DNA of 64,000 nucleotides from an uncultured delta proteobacterium (GCA_963803435.1 CAWDML010000003.1:480001-544000); one strand, 5' to 3'; shown: positions 37,640 through 48,623, numbered from the stretch's first letter. Program-made: numbers and translations. The notes: generated from the sequence alone by a model not told the origin.

Positions 37640-38791
37640 ATGACCCTCCGCCGGGCCCTGCTGTTCGCGCTGGTCCTCGCCGGGATGCCCGCGCTGGGTG
37701 AGCCCGACGAGTACGCGCAGCTGATCCAAGCGACCCGAGCCGCGCTCGCGAAGAGGGCGTTCGACGAGGCCGCGCAAGACTGCCGGCATGCGATCCAGGC
37801 GGCGAAGCGGCGCGAGCCGATGAAGGAGGCCCTGGCCCTGGAGCTCTGCGGCGACATCGAGACGCGCCGGGAGCGACACCTGGAGGCGGCCCGGCGGTAT
37901 GCCAGCGCGGCGAAGCACTCCCGCGAAGATCTGAAGCTCCGGCGCAAGCTGCTCTCGCTGCGGAAGCGGGCCGCCGAGAAGGCGAAGGCGGAGAGCAGCG
38001 TGGCGCTCGCCGCCGAGGTCATGGAGGCGGACCGCACGCTCGAGCAGGTCACGCGGCGGCCGCGGCGCGGCGGCGACAGCCTCGACAAGACCCTCTCGGC
38101 CCTGGCCGAGGCGGCGGAGACCTACCGGAAGGATCGCGATCGGGATCGCGCGGAGGAGGCGCTGGCGCTCCGCGCGCTGGTGATGGTGCGCTCCGACAAG
38201 GCCGAGGACGGTCTCCGCGCGGTCGATCGCGTGCTCTCGAAGCCCAACCCGTCGAAGTACGCCGCGCTCGCCGCCTACGAGGCGCGGACGGTGGCGCTTT
38301 TGGATCGAGGCGACAACGCGGGCGCCGCGACGGCCGCGATCGCGTTCAACGGTCTCGCGAATCCGGGCGCGCGGTCCCCCCTGCTCGATCGCGCTTGCTA
38401 CCGCTACGACCAGGAGAAGGGGGCCGGTCAATGCGCGCGGCTCGAGATCAGGGTGACGGGCCAGGTGACGTTCACCGACTACTCTCTGGCCAAGCGGAAG
38501 CGGGAGCTCACCGACGAGGACATCGAGCGCGTGCACGCGCAGGCGCTGCCCGCGCTGGAGGCGTGCGTCCTGGCGGCGGCGAAGAAGGAGCCCGAGTTCT
38601 ATCGGAACGTCGACATCCAGATCTCATGGGTGATCGATCCCGAGGGCCGCGCCGTGGACATCGAGCTGGTGCCGAAGCGCAACAAGCCGGACATCATGCC
38701 GTGCGCTCAGGAGCGCTTGATGCGTGTGCGGTATCCGAAGGTCTTCTCGAGGGAGCGCAAGAACGTGACGATCCCGTACCACCTCGATTGA
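37640..38791 (+). CDS. Secreted helical-repeat protein with C-terminal AgmX/PglI (TonB-C-like) domain
   Basis: Signal peptide, TPR-like body and LEACV..SWVIDPEGR..C...RYP..VTIPY. Confidence 0.7.
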   Translation: MTLRRALLFALVLAGMPALGEPDEYAQLIQATRAALAKRAFDEAAQDCRHAIQAAKRREPMKEALALELCGDIETRRERHLEAARRYASAAKHSREDLKLRRKLLSLRKRAAEKAKAESSVALAAEVMEADRTLEQVTRRPRRGGDSLDKTLSALAEAAETYRKDRDRDRAEEALALRALVMVRSDKAEDGLRAVDRVLSKPNPSKYAALAAYEARTVALLDRGDNAGAATAAIAFNGLANPGARSPLLDRACYRYDQEKGAGQCARLEIRVTGQVTFTDYSLAKRKRELTDEDIERVHAQALPALEACVLAAAKKEPEFYRNVDIQISWVIDPEGRAVDIELVPKRNKPDIMPCAQERLMRVRYPKVFSRERKNVTIPYHLD

Positions 38792-38794
38792 GGA

Positions 38795-40252
38795 TCAATA
38801 CGCCTTCGCCCAGATCACCCGCTGCTTCGACGGCTTTCCGGTGACCATGCACTCGCCCGGCTCCGCCTCGAAGCCCTGATCCGCCAGCGGGAGGCAGCGG
38901 ATGGTGGCGCCGGTGTCCTGCTTCACCTTGGCCTCGGTCTCCCGGGTTCCGTCCCAGTGGGCGAAGACGAACTTGTTCTCCTTCGCCATGAGCGCCTGGA
39001 AGTCGCCGTAGGCGTCGAGCCGGACCGTGTTGTCCTCGCGGAACCTCTGGGCCTTCTCCAGCAGGCTCGCCTGCATCTTCTCCAGCTGCTCCCGGGCGAA
39101 GGCGACCAGACCGCCGAGCGGGACACTCTCCTTGGCGTCGAGGTCCCGCCGCTTGAACATGGCGCTCCCGTTCTCGAGATCCTTGGGGCCGACCTCGAAC
39201 CGGAGCGGGACGCCCTCGCGCTCGTACTTGAAGAACTTCGGGCCGGGATGGCCCTCGGCCGCGTCGAAGAACGCCGAGATGCCCGCGTCCTGGAGCGCGC
39301 GCTGGATTCGGGTGCACTCGTCGCGCACGCGCTGGTTCTCCTCCTCCTTCTTGCGGAAGAAGGGGACGATCGCCGCCTGGAGCGGCGCCAGCTTCGGCGG
39401 CAGCACCAGGCCCTTGTCGTCGGAGTGGGTCATGATCAGCCCGCCGATCAGGCGCGTCGACGCGCCCCAGCTGGTCTGCCACACGTGCTCGAGCTGCCCG
39501 TCCTTGTTCTGGAAGCGGACGTTGAACGCCTTGCCGAAGTTCTGTCCCAGGTCGTGGCTGGTCCCCGCCTGCAGCGCCTTGCCGTCCTGCATCATGGCCT
39601 CGATGCAGAAGCTGGCGTCGGCGCCCGCGAACTTCTCGGTGTCGGTCTTGATCCCGCGGATCACCGGCATCGCCATCCAATCCCAGGCGAACTCGGAGTA
39701 GACGTCGAGCATCCGCAGCACTTCCTCGCGCGCCTCTTCATGCGTGGCGTGGGCGGTGTGGCCCTCCTGCCAGAGGAACTCGCCGGTGCGGAGGAACATC
39801 CGCGTGCGCAGCTCCCAGCGCATCACGTTGGCCCACTGGTTGATGAGCATCGGCAGATCGCGCCAGGACTGGATCCACTGGGAGAAGAAGTGGCCGATGA
39901 CGGTCTCGGAGGTCGGCCGGATCACGTACGGCTCCTCGAGCGTCTCGCCGCCCGCGACGGTGACGAGCGCAAGCTCCGGCGAGAAGCCCTCGACGTGCTG
40001 GGCCTCCTTCTGGATGAACGAGTACGGGATCAAGAGCGGGAAGTACGCGTTCTTGTGTCCGGTCTCCTTGAAGCGACGGTCGAGCTGCGCCTGGATCTTC
40101 TCCCAGATCGCGTACCCGTTCGGCTTGATCACCATGCAGCCCTTGACGATGCCGGCCGGCTCGGCGAGCTGACCCTCGCGGATGACGTCCTGGTACCAGT
40201 CGGGATAGCTCTCCGCACGCGGAGTGATGCGGGCCTCGTTCTCTTGCGCCAT
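38795..40252 (-). CDS. proS: Proline--tRNA ligase (archaeal/eukaryal type)
   Basis: [44 protein letters not shown] and a C-terminal AKAY. Confidence 0.97.
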   Translation of the reverse strand: MAQENEARITPRAESYPDWYQDVIREGQLAEPAGIVKGCMVIKPNGYAIWEKIQAQLDRRFKETGHKNAYFPLLIPYSFIQKEAQHVEGFSPELALVTVAGGETLEEPYVIRPTSETVIGHFFSQWIQSWRDLPMLINQWANVMRWELRTRMFLRTGEFLWQEGHTAHATHEEAREEVLRMLDVYSEFAWDWMAMPVIRGIKTDTEKFAGADASFCIEAMMQDGKALQAGTSHDLGQNFGKAFNVRFQNKDGQLEHVWQTSWGASTRLIGGLIMTHSDDKGLVLPPKLAPLQAAIVPFFRKKEEENQRVRDECTRIQRALQDAGISAFFDAAEGHPGPKFFKYEREGVPLRFEVGPKDLENGSAMFKRRDLDAKESVPLGGLVAFAREQLEKMQASLLEKAQRFREDNTVRLDAYGDFQALMAKENKFVFAHWDGTRETEAKVKQDTGATIRCLPLADQGFEAEPGECMVTGKPSKQRVIWAKAY

Positions 40253-40300
40253 GAAGCCGGGGATTGAACGCGGCTCAGCTCGAGGGGGTCAAGATTCGTT

Positions 40301-41788
40301 TCACGGTTTCTTCCAGAAGAAGAGTCCGCGCTTCGGTTTCTCCGCCCGCTTCGCCATCCGGCGCTCGATCAGCCGGAGCTCCAGCTCGGCCTCCCGGTCG
40401 TTCGCGACCTCGACGGCCTTCTCGAACTCCTGGCGGGCGCGCTCTTCCTTCCCTTCGAGACGCCACAACCGTCCCAGGATCAGGTGTGCCTTCCCGTTCT
40501 TCGCGTCTTGCTCGAGCGTCTCCTTCGCGAACTTCCTGGTCTCCGCGAACGATCGGTCTCGGTCCCAGTCGGTCTGAGCGCTCAGCATCTCGGTGTACGC
40601 GCGATACATCCGGTAGGCCCGCGCGTTCGGATTCTGATCGATCGCCTGGGCGAACATTCCGGCGGCGCCCTTGCGCTCGCCGCGCTCGAGCAGCTGCTTT
40701 CCGCGCAGAAACGCCGCCTCGGCGTCGAGGTCCGTGTTGGGGCGGGCCGTCGCTCCGGTCGGGCGCGGCGCGGCGCGCTCCAGCAGCGAGTCGCGGAGCG
40801 CGGCGATCTCGTTGTAGATGTCCGTCAGCCGGGCGTGCTCCTTGTTCGAGGCCTCTCTCATCGCCGCCTGGACGAACGGCCTCACGCGGCGCTCGAAGGC
40901 CGCGTTGACGTCGTCAGGCGTGGCGTCGCTCCGGACCCCCAGGTACGCCTCGGGGGTCGAGCTTCGGATCCGCTGGAGCTCGGCGGCGATCGACGCCGGG
41001 AGATCGCCCTCCGGCGGCTCCTCCTCCGCCGGCGGGCTGGCGCCGAAGCTCAGATCCATCGTGGAGGGCAGCCGGAGCAGGTCGGACAGATCGCCGGTCC
41101 GCACCACGTCGAGGAAGCCGAGCAGGAGCATCGCGGTGGCGAGCTGCTGATCCAGGAGATCGGACCCGACGATCTCGGCCAGCGTCTGCTCGCCGTCGAA
41201 CGGGGAGAGCAGCTCCGTGGGGAGGTTGAGCAGCGCGGCCACGGTCTCGGGAGTGTCGAAGAGGCGCACGCGGCGGTGGAGGTCGGGGGCGAGCACCGCC
41301 TCGCAGCGGCGCTCGTCGAAGTGGCGCACGACGCCCTCCGCGATGAGCGCGGGCACGGGCCAGGGCGCGCGGTTACCCTCGCGGATCGCCCCGGTGTCGG
41401 GGATGATCTCCAGCGCCACGTGCTCCCACTGGAAGCATCCGAGGATCTTCTCGCGGACCTGGGTGCGGAGCGCGCGGTGCAGCTGGGTGGCGTCGAGGAA
41501 TTCCAGCTCAATCAGCACGTCGCCCAGCCGAAGCGCCGAGCCCTGGGCGTCGAGATCGGCGAGCCGGAGGATCGCGCGCTCGTACTGCTCCTCGTCGAGC
41601 AGGCCCAGCCGCAGGCAGAGCATTCCCAGCGTCTCGCTGCGCGCCCCGCCGGTGGCCCAGACCGGGACGCCGTCGAGGAACGCGATCGAGGTCTTGACCT
41701 GCTCCGCCGACACCTCGAGGACGGCGGTTCGGCGGCTCCGCCAGAGCTCGACGATCGCTCCCGCGAACCCGTGCTCCACGATCGCCAC
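40301..41788 (-). CDS. DUF4388, J-like domain and TPR protein
   Basis: TAVLEV..GVPV..ETLG..RLGDVLI, EAYLGVRSDATPDDV and C-terminal TPRs. Confidence 0.75.
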   Translation of the reverse strand: MAIVEHGFAGAIVELWRSRRTAVLEVSAEQVKTSIAFLDGVPVWATGGARSETLGMLCLRLGLLDEEQYERAILRLADLDAQGSALRLGDVLIELEFLDATQLHRALRTQVREKILGCFQWEHVALEIIPDTGAIREGNRAPWPVPALIAEGVVRHFDERRCEAVLAPDLHRRVRLFDTPETVAALLNLPTELLSPFDGEQTLAEIVGSDLLDQQLATAMLLLGFLDVVRTGDLSDLLRLPSTMDLSFGASPPAEEEPPEGDLPASIAAELQRIRSSTPEAYLGVRSDATPDDVNAAFERRVRPFVQAAMREASNKEHARLTDIYNEIAALRDSLLERAAPRPTGATARPNTDLDAEAAFLRGKQLLERGERKGAAGMFAQAIDQNPNARAYRMYRAYTEMLSAQTDWDRDRSFAETRKFAKETLEQDAKNGKAHLILGRLWRLEGKEERARQEFEKAVEVANDREAELELRLIERRMAKRAEKPKRGLFFWKKP

Positions 41789-41792
41789 GCTA

Positions 41793-43070
41793 TCACGGGA
41801 CAGGATCGCTCACAGCGCCGGATCGCTCGTCGATCTCGATCAGCGCGAGGGCGCCCGCAGGGCCGGTTGCACAGCGATCCTGGATGCGCTCGACGGCGAT
41901 CTCGACTGCGGTGTCGAGGCCTCGTTCCGCGAGGTGACGCACCGCGATCCGGCGGAGAATCGGGATCGCCGAGAGATCGCCGACGCGGCCGAGCGACTTG
42001 ACGGCGGCCAGCCGCGCGTCGGGCGAGCCGTGATGGACGAGCGACACCAGGGTGCGCTGGGCCAGCGGTGTTTCGTAGTGCCCCAGGAGCTGGGCGACGT
42101 AGGCGGCGGTGGTACCGGTGGCGCGCTTCGCCAGGGCGTGCACGTCCTCGACCGACGGGCGATGGCGGACATCGAGCGCCACGATCAATGCAGTCCGGAA
42201 GAGGAGCGGATCCTCGGAGCGGATCGCGGCGTCGATCAGCTCGCGGAGCCGCTCGCGCTCGTAGCGACGCACCAGGAAGCGGAGCGCACCTGCGCGGGTG
42301 GTGGGCGGGGCCGCCGTTGCGCGGACGAGCTCCGAGGCCTGCTCGAAGGCCTCGTCGTCCGAGGCGCGCACGCTCGCCAGCTCGAGGCGGTCGAGCATCA
42401 TGCGCTCTCGGAAGTGGACACCGCTGAAGATCCCGAACATCGGCGGAAGGAAAAAGAGGCCGGTGAGGACCGCGAGGAGGGGAGGGACGAAGAAGAAGAT
42501 TACCCCCGGGATGGCGGCGAACAGGCCGGTCAAGAAGAGCGCGTGCAATGTGGCGCCGTCGTCGTCTGCGACCACGCCCAGGGCCTCCGTCTTGGCCTTG
42601 GCGAAGCGGTGGCACAGGACGACGAGGGCGGCCAGGGCGGGGGTGGAGATCAGGCCCGCCAGCGCGATCCACCCGTCGAAGCGGCTGAAGAGATCGACGG
42701 CGCCGTGCGAGACCAGGGCATAGGCCACGAAGTGCAGCGTCAGCGGCGCCAGGAGGGAGGTGGCGGCCATCGGATAGAACAGCGATTCGTACTCGCCGTG
42801 CGGGAGCGCCACCAGGCTCTCGAACGAGTGCTTGCTCGGCGGCGGCTCGGCGTCCAAAGGCGCCAGGAGGATCGCCGCGCCGTAGATCACCGCCATGATT
42901 GGCCAGGCCAGCAGGAGGAGGTACGTGGCCGGGCCGCCGGCGAGTGGGAGTGCGTGCTCGAGGGCCACGGCGAGCGCGACTCCGCCGGCCATGATCAGGC
43001 CGCCGATGCCGGCCAGCTTGCGGGCTTTACGCCGCGTACGAATTTTCACGAACGCGCGCTGGTTGCACAC
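41793..43070 (-). CDS. Multi-TM membrane protein with C-terminal HEAT repeats (start uncertain)
   Basis: About 6 hydrophobic helices followed by PDARLAAVKSLGRVG. Confidence 0.65.
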   Translation of the reverse strand: MCNQRAFVKIRTRRKARKLAGIGGLIMAGGVALAVALEHALPLAGGPATYLLLLAWPIMAVIYGAAILLAPLDAEPPPSKHSFESLVALPHGEYESLFYPMAATSLLAPLTLHFVAYALVSHGAVDLFSRFDGWIALAGLISTPALAALVVLCHRFAKAKTEALGVVADDDGATLHALFLTGLFAAIPGVIFFFVPPLLAVLTGLFFLPPMFGIFSGVHFRERMMLDRLELASVRASDDEAFEQASELVRATAAPPTTRAGALRFLVRRYERERLRELIDAAIRSEDPLLFRTALIVALDVRHRPSVEDVHALAKRATGTTAAYVAQLLGHYETPLAQRTLVSLVHHGSPDARLAAVKSLGRVGDLSAIPILRRIAVRHLAERGLDTAVEIAVERIQDRCATGPAGALALIEIDERSGAVSDPVP

Positions 43071-43135
43071 CTCGCATCATTCTACAACGAGCCGCGGCCT
43101 GTACGCCCAACGCAGGAAGTGTTATTCGACGCCGC

Positions 43136-43799
43136 ATGCGCGGCTTGCTCTCGGCGCTCGTGCTGAGCGGGATGCTCACCTCGGGTGCTGCACTGGCGTC
43201 CAGTGAGGGCGTGTCCACCTCCACGGCCACACTCGAGATGGGCGACCACCGAGCGCTCCTCGATCGCCTGGAGATGCGGATCAGCGAGCTCCAGCGGCGG
43301 ATCGTGGCGGCCCAGGAGAAGGTGGACGTCCTGAAGGACACCGTCCTCGAGGGGATCGTGGCCAAGGCGAGGGCACGCGTCGTCCATGTCAACGAGATGA
43401 ACGGGAAGTTCCTTCTGACGAAGGCGACCTACACGCTGGACGGCGGCGTGATCTTCGACCGCGAGGACGTGGACGGCTCCCTCTCGGATCAGGAGAAGAT
43501 CGTCCTCTTCGACGGCCCCATCACCCCGGGGGATCACGAGAATCCGGGTCTCCGAGGTGTTTCGCGTGGGAACGCTCGGCGTGTTCACCTACGCCGAGGG
43601 CTACAAGTTCAAGGTCGAGTCTCGCTACGTCATGAAGGCCGTCGACGGCCGGATGAACGTGCTGCGGATCGTCAGCCACGACAAGGGTCAGACCGACGTC
43701 AGCACGCAGACCACGGACCGGATCGGTGTCCGGTACGACTTCGAGGCCAAGCTGGTCGGCGATGCCAAGCCGGCGGTGCCTCCCCCCTCGACGCCCTGA
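43136..43799 (+). CDS. Secreted coiled-coil/beta-sandwich hypothetical protein, +1 frameshift near 43541
   Basis: Signal peptide and coiled coil up to FDGPITPGDHE. Continues in the next frame as IRVSEVFR..GVFTYAEGYKFKVES..RYDF to the stop at 43799. Confidence 0.7.
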
Positions 43800-45716
43800 G
43801 TGACCGAGCGAACGGAGCAGGAGACCCCGCCGCCAAGCGGAGCGCTCGAGTCCGAGCTGGCGCGGCGGCTGGACGTGCGCACGGGCGCCCGCGACCAGGC
43901 GAAGACCCGCGGCGAGCAGCTGGGTAACGTTCGCCTGATCTTCGCCGGCCTCGGGCTGGTGCTGATCCTGCTCCCGCTGTTCACCAAGGAGGGGAGTCCG
44001 TGGTTGGGGCTGATCCCGCTGGCCGTCCTCTTCGTGGTGGTGGGGAAGCTGCAGGATTGGGCGCTCGACCGGGAGCGGCGCAACGACGGCGCGGCGCGAT
44101 TCCACCGGGAGGCCCTCGACCGCATCCACGAGCGCTGGCGCGACCTGCCCGACACCGGCGAGGGCCTCCCCGCTCCCGCCGTCCTGGCTCCGCGGGATGA
44201 CCTCCGTCCGGGAGGCCCCGCCGGCGAGCTCCCACCGACGCACTTCGCCGGCGATCTGGACCTGTTCGGCAAGGCCTCGCTGTTCCAGCTGGTCTCCCGC
44301 GCCCTCACCGAGCCGGGCCGGCGCACGCTGGCCGACTGGCTGACCGCGCCGGCCGCGCCGGGGGAGGTGAGGGCGCGGCAGGCGGCGGTGCGGGAGCTGG
44401 CGGCGAACCTCGACTTCTCCGAGTCGCTCTACGACGCCGCCGCCGGGGGCGAGGTCGGTCCGATCGACGATCGCAAGCTGGTGGCGTGGGCCGAGTCGAC
44501 CACGCCGCTGCCCGCCGCGCGCCTGCTCTCCTTCCTGGGCATCGGCCACCCCCTGCTGCTGGCTGGTACGCTGGCCGTGTTCCTCGCCGGCGGGCCGCGG
44601 GCACCGCTGGTGATCGCGATCGTGCTCCAGGTGATCACCGCCTACCTGACGCGCCGGGTGACGGAGCCGCGGGCCTCGGTGCTGTCGGGGCCGGAACGCG
44701 CGCTCCGGCGGTACGCCAGCCTCATCACGGTGATCGAGAGCGCCGAGCTGTCGGCGGAGCGCCTGCAGGCATTGCAAGGCAAGTTGCAAACCAAGGGCGG
44801 CTCGGCCTCGGAGCGGATCCGATCGCTGACGCGTCTGGTCGATCTCCTCGACGCGCGGCTCAACATGTTCTTCGCGCTCTCGCTCGGTCCGGCGCTGATG
44901 TGGGATCTGAACCTGACCCTGCGAGCCGAGCGCTGGCGGCGCGAGGTCGGACCCGGGCTCGCCGGGTGGTTCGGGGCGATCGGTGAGATCGAGGCGATGA
45001 TGTCGCTGGCGGCGCTGGCCCGAGAGCGTCCCGACTACGCGTTCCCGACGTTCGTCGACGGCTGCGTGTTCGCGTCCGAAGGGCTGGCGCATCCGCTGAT
45101 CGATCGCCGGCGTGTGGTCGCGAACGATCTGACCCTCGGGGGCGCCGGCTCGGTGCTGCTGCTCTCGGGCTCCAACATGAGCGGGAAGAGCACGCTCCTG
45201 CGCTCGGTCGGGATCAACCAGGTCCTGGCGCGGGCCGGTGGTCCGGTGGCGGCGACCGCGCTGGCCCTCTCGGATCTCGAGCTCGCCACCAGCGTGCGCG
45301 TCGTGGACTCATTGGCGCACGGGACCTCGCACTTCTACGCGGAGCTGTCGCGCCTCAAGCACGTCGTGGACCTCGCGCAGAGCTCGGAGCGCCCGGTGCT
45401 CTACCTCCTCGACGAGATGCTGCACGGGACCAACAGCCGGGAGCGCTACATTGGCGCCGTGAGCGTGATTCGCTGGCTCGCTGCCTCGGGCGCGATGGGG
45501 ATCGTCACCACCCACGACCTCGCCCTCGCCGAGGTCGCCCGGGAGCTGCCGCCGGGGAAGGTGACCAACCGGCACTTCTCGGATGACGTCGTCGAGGGCA
45601 AGATGCGCTTCGACTATCGCCTCCGCGAGGGCCCGGTCTCCTCGACGAACGCGCTCCGCTTGATGAGGGCCGTCGGGATCGACGTGGACTTCGTGGAGCG
45701 ATCGGAGGACCCCTGA
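43800..45716 (+). CDS. Membrane-associated MutS domain V ATPase (MutS-related)
   Basis: N-terminal TMs, DLDLFG..SLF, SGSNMSGKST, SHFYAEL, LDEMLHGTNS and TTHDL. Confidence 0.9.
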   Translation: MTERTEQETPPPSGALESELARRLDVRTGARDQAKTRGEQLGNVRLIFAGLGLVLILLPLFTKEGSPWLGLIPLAVLFVVVGKLQDWALDRERRNDGAARFHREALDRIHERWRDLPDTGEGLPAPAVLAPRDDLRPGGPAGELPPTHFAGDLDLFGKASLFQLVSRALTEPGRRTLADWLTAPAAPGEVRARQAAVRELAANLDFSESLYDAAAGGEVGPIDDRKLVAWAESTTPLPAARLLSFLGIGHPLLLAGTLAVFLAGGPRAPLVIAIVLQVITAYLTRRVTEPRASVLSGPERALRRYASLITVIESAELSAERLQALQGKLQTKGGSASERIRSLTRLVDLLDARLNMFFALSLGPALMWDLNLTLRAERWRREVGPGLAGWFGAIGEIEAMMSLAALARERPDYAFPTFVDGCVFASEGLAHPLIDRRRVVANDLTLGGAGSVLLLSGSNMSGKSTLLRSVGINQVLARAGGPVAATALALSDLELATSVRVVDSLAHGTSHFYAELSRLKHVVDLAQSSERPVLYLLDEMLHGTNSRERYIGAVSVIRWLAASGAMGIVTTHDLALAEVARELPPGKVTNRHFSDDVVEGKMRFDYRLREGPVSSTNALRLMRAVGIDVDFVERSEDP

Positions 45717-46159
45717 TGTGGCGCCCCCTCGGCATTCTCTTTCTCTGCGTCGGCAATTCAGCCCGGAGCCAGCTCGCGCACCACCTGGCGCAGAAGCGCT
45801 TCGGCCCCAGCGCCAGCGTGCAGAGCGCAGGATCGCGCCCGGTCGCGCCCCATCCGCTGGCGCTCGAGGTGCTCGAGGAGATCGGCTGCGACACCACCGG
45901 CGCGACCTCCCGTCACGTCAACGATGTGGACCCGAACACCGTCGACCTCGTGATCACGCTCTGCCGTGAGGAGCTCTGTCCGATCTTCCTGCACGCGGCC
46001 GAGAAGCTGCGCTGGCCATTCGATGATCCGGCGGTCCCAATCGAGGACGTCTCCGAGATGCGGGAGATCTTTCGCACGACGCGCGACGCCATCGACGCCC
46101 GGCTCATCGAGCTGGGACGCGAGCGAGGCCTCATTCCTCGGGATCTCGGTACACCGTGA
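45716..46159 (+). CDS. arsC: Thioredoxin-type arsenate reductase / LMW-PTP family
   Basis: FLCVGNSARSQ, SAGS, TLCREELCP and WPFDDP. Confidence 0.85.
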   Translation: MWRPLGILFLCVGNSARSQLAHHLAQKRFGPSASVQSAGSRPVAPHPLALEVLEEIGCDTTGATSRHVNDVDPNTVDLVITLCREELCPIFLHAAEKLRWPFDDPAVPIEDVSEMREIFRTTRDAIDARLIELGRERGLIPRDLGTP

Positions 46160-47726
46160 TCACCCCGGGCGCGGGGAGCGAGACCGCCAGTCCTCCACCG
46201 CCGCTGCCGAGCACCGGCGCCGGCCTGAGAAGCTCGGCGTCGGTGGTGTACTCCGCGGAGTAGCTGCCGTCCGGGAGGCCGTCGATGTGGATCGGTCCGG
46301 CCCGATCGGCGCGGACGATCACCGTGAAGCGGCCGCCGGTGTTCTCGAACGCCAGCGGCCGATGGTGAGGCGACGAGGCGCTGGCGAAGCGGCGCACCGC
46401 CCCCAGTCGGACCCGCCGGAAGTATTGCGGGAACATGCGGCTGCCCCGCGCCAACCTCAGCGGAGGCCCGAGGAGATAGTGCACGCTGCCGTCGTCCTCC
46501 GCGGGACAGAAGGCCAGGGCGAACCGCTGCCAGGCGGAGACGTTCCCGACGGCGAGGTCGTCGTGGAGTACGGCGTCCGAGGCGTCGATGTGCTCGAGCA
46601 TCATGGTCCGGACGTCGAATCGCGCCGGCAGCGCTCCGATGGTCTCGAGGTTCTCCGCGACGGCGCCGCGATAGCGATGGTAGGAGAAGTCGGTCACCCG
46701 ATCGCGCGCCTCGGGATCGGCCATGAGCACGCCGAAGAAGTCGATCGCGGCGCCCATGTCCGTGTTCGACGGCGCGATGATCGCTGGGTGGAAGCCGGCC
46801 GCAGCAAGCCGGGGAACGACCGCCCGGACCGCGCGGGCGACGTCGCGCGCGCTCCAGCCGGCCACGTCGGGCTCGAGGATGATCTCGAGCGCATCGGGGA
46901 CGCGCCCGAACTTCTCCTGAAGGTGCTGGAACACCACCAGCGTCAGCTCGGCGTACTCGTCAGGATGGTCGCGATGAAAGTCCGCGTCGAACGCGACGAA
47001 GCACGCGTTCAGATAGAGGTGCTCGCCCCGCCGCTCGAGCCGCTCCGCCAAGGGGAGGACGACGTGCTCCATCGTGTGATCGATCTCGGTCAGCTGGAAG
47101 GCGCCGCGCTCGGCGTGATCGGGGTCCGGGTCGTCGTTCTTCGACACGTACCTGTGCTTGGCCCAGGCCTCGAAGTCGATCTCGCCGTCGAGAAACCGTC
47201 GAGTCCAGTCGACCGGGTGCTCGACGTTGGCGCGGAACTCGAGCCGCACCCGATCGATCCCCAGCTCGCCGACCGCCCGGTCGTACAGCGCCTGGCGGGC
47301 CCGCTCGTAGGTCTCTTTGTCGCACTCCATCTGCCCGACCTGGGCGGTGACCTCCCACCCCGTCATCGTCTGGAGGGCCGCCTCTCGATCGACCAAGACG
47401 TGCCCGTCCTCAGCGGCGACGCCGGCCACCGTCGCGGTGGCGCTGAACGCCCCGGCCCGGGCGGTGACTGCCACCGTCCCGGTCCCCGAGACGGCGACGA
47501 AGCCCCGATCGACCGACGCCGGCCCCGCCACGCTCCACGTGACCTTCGGCGCAAACAGCGACCGGCCGGCCGCATCCCTCACCACGGCGATCGCGCGCAC
47601 GCGTCCACCCGCCAGGACCCGCCGGCCCTCGAGGACGATCCGCATCCCGGCCGGCTTCGGCATGTTCTCGCACGATCCCCGGCATGCTCCCAGGGCGACC
47701 GCCAGCATCGTCACCGACCACCGCAT
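46131..47726 (-). CDS. Lipoprotein with Ig-like domain and clan GH-A (GH30-like) glycoside hydrolase barrel
   Basis: Lipobox LGAC, VTWSV Ig-like segment, QTMTGW, IILEPD (acid/base), FSYHRY, MMLEH (nucleophile) and QYFRRVRLGAVR. Confidence 0.6.
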   Translation of the reverse strand: MRWSVTMLAVALGACRGSCENMPKPAGMRIVLEGRRVLAGGRVRAIAVVRDAAGRSLFAPKVTWSVAGPASVDRGFVAVSGTGTVAVTARAGAFSATATVAGVAAEDGHVLVDREAALQTMTGWEVTAQVGQMECDKETYERARQALYDRAVGELGIDRVRLEFRANVEHPVDWTRRFLDGEIDFEAWAKHRYVSKNDDPDPDHAERGAFQLTEIDHTMEHVVLPLAERLERRGEHLYLNACFVAFDADFHRDHPDEYAELTLVVFQHLQEKFGRVPDALEIILEPDVAGWSARDVARAVRAVVPRLAAAGFHPAIIAPSNTDMGAAIDFFGVLMADPEARDRVTDFSYHRYRGAVAENLETIGALPARFDVRTMMLEHIDASDAVLHDDLAVGNVSAWQRFALAFCPAEDDGSVHYLLGPPLRLARGSRMFPQYFRRVRLGAVRRFASASSPHHRPLAFENTGGRFTVIVRADRAGPIHIDGLPDGSYSAEYTTDAELLRPAPVLGSGGGGLAVSLPAPGVITVYRDPEE

Positions 47727-47774
47727 GTCCCGATCCGTATCGCAAACCGCGCGCGGCGGGTACGCTCGGAGGAC

Positions 47775-48623
47775 GTGCCCGTGCTCCTCGTCCTCGTCGC
47801 AGCCAGCCTCACCACCAGCGCGATTCCGGAGCGCGACAGCCACGGCAAGCCGGCGATTCGCTCAGAGAGCGCGATCGTCCGCTGGGCCGACACGGGCGAG
47901 ATCGTGCTGGCGAAAGATCCCGATCGCGTCCGTCCGATCGCCAGCGTCACCAAGCTGCTCAGCACCTTGATCCTCTCGAAGGACGGCCTGCCGGCGGACG
48001 AGTGGATCACGCTCGAAGATCAGGACAAGGACCGCCTCAAGTGGTCCAAGTCGAAGCTCAAGATCGACCGCGCGTTCCACCCGTTGGATCTCTTCGCGGC
48101 CGCCCTCGTGATCTCGGAGAATCGCGCTGTCTACGCGCTGGTGCGCGCCGCCGGCAAGACGCGCCCCATGTTCGTCGAACGCATGAACTCGACGGCGCGC
48201 GAGCTGGGGATGGGGCACAGCACCTTCAAGGACCCCGCGGGCGTCGATCCCGAGAACGTCTCCACCGCGCGCGACCTGCTCGCGCTCCTCGACGCCGTGG
48301 CAGGCAACGAGATGATCAAGAAGTACGCCTCCATGGACCGCATCGAGATCACGGATCGCGACGATCACGTACAGCGCTTCGGCAGCACCAACCGGCTGGC
48401 GCGCTCGTCGCGGTGGCAGGTCCTGATCGGCAAGACCGGCTATACGGTCGAGGCCGGCCGCACGCTCGTCCTGCGCGTCATGCTGGACGAGCGCCCGCTC
48501 GACCTGGTGTTCCTCGGCTCCCGTGAGATGCAGTCGGTCTTCGGGGATGCGGGCCGGGTCCGCCGTTGGCTGGAGCAGACGCTGAGCAGCCACCCTCAGA
48601 AGGACACACACAGCGCCGGCTGA
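47775..48623 (+). CDS. D-alanyl-D-alanine carboxy/endopeptidase (peptidase S11, PBP7-like)
   Basis: PIASVTKL (SxxK), SEN, MNSTARELGM, NVSTARDL and KTGYT. Confidence 0.88.
   Translation: MPVLLVLVAASLTTSAIPERDSHGKPAIRSESAIVRWADTGEIVLAKDPDRVRPIASVTKLLSTLILSKDGLPADEWITLEDQDKDRLKWSKSKLKIDRAFHPLDLFAAALVISENRAVYALVRAAGKTRPMFVERMNSTARELGMGHSTFKDPAGVDPENVSTARDLLALLDAVAGNEMIKKYASMDRIEITDRDDHVQRFGSTNRLARSSRWQVLIGKTGYTVEAGRTLVLRVMLDERPLDLVFLGSREMQSVFGDAGRVRRWLEQTLSSHPQKDTHSAG

Noticed and set aside
31256-46159. Arsenic-resistance system (two ArsA-like genes plus arsC)
   Set aside because: The genes are 12 kb apart with no arsR/arsB/acr3/arsD, and the ArsA pair looks like the non-arsenic Get3-like type.
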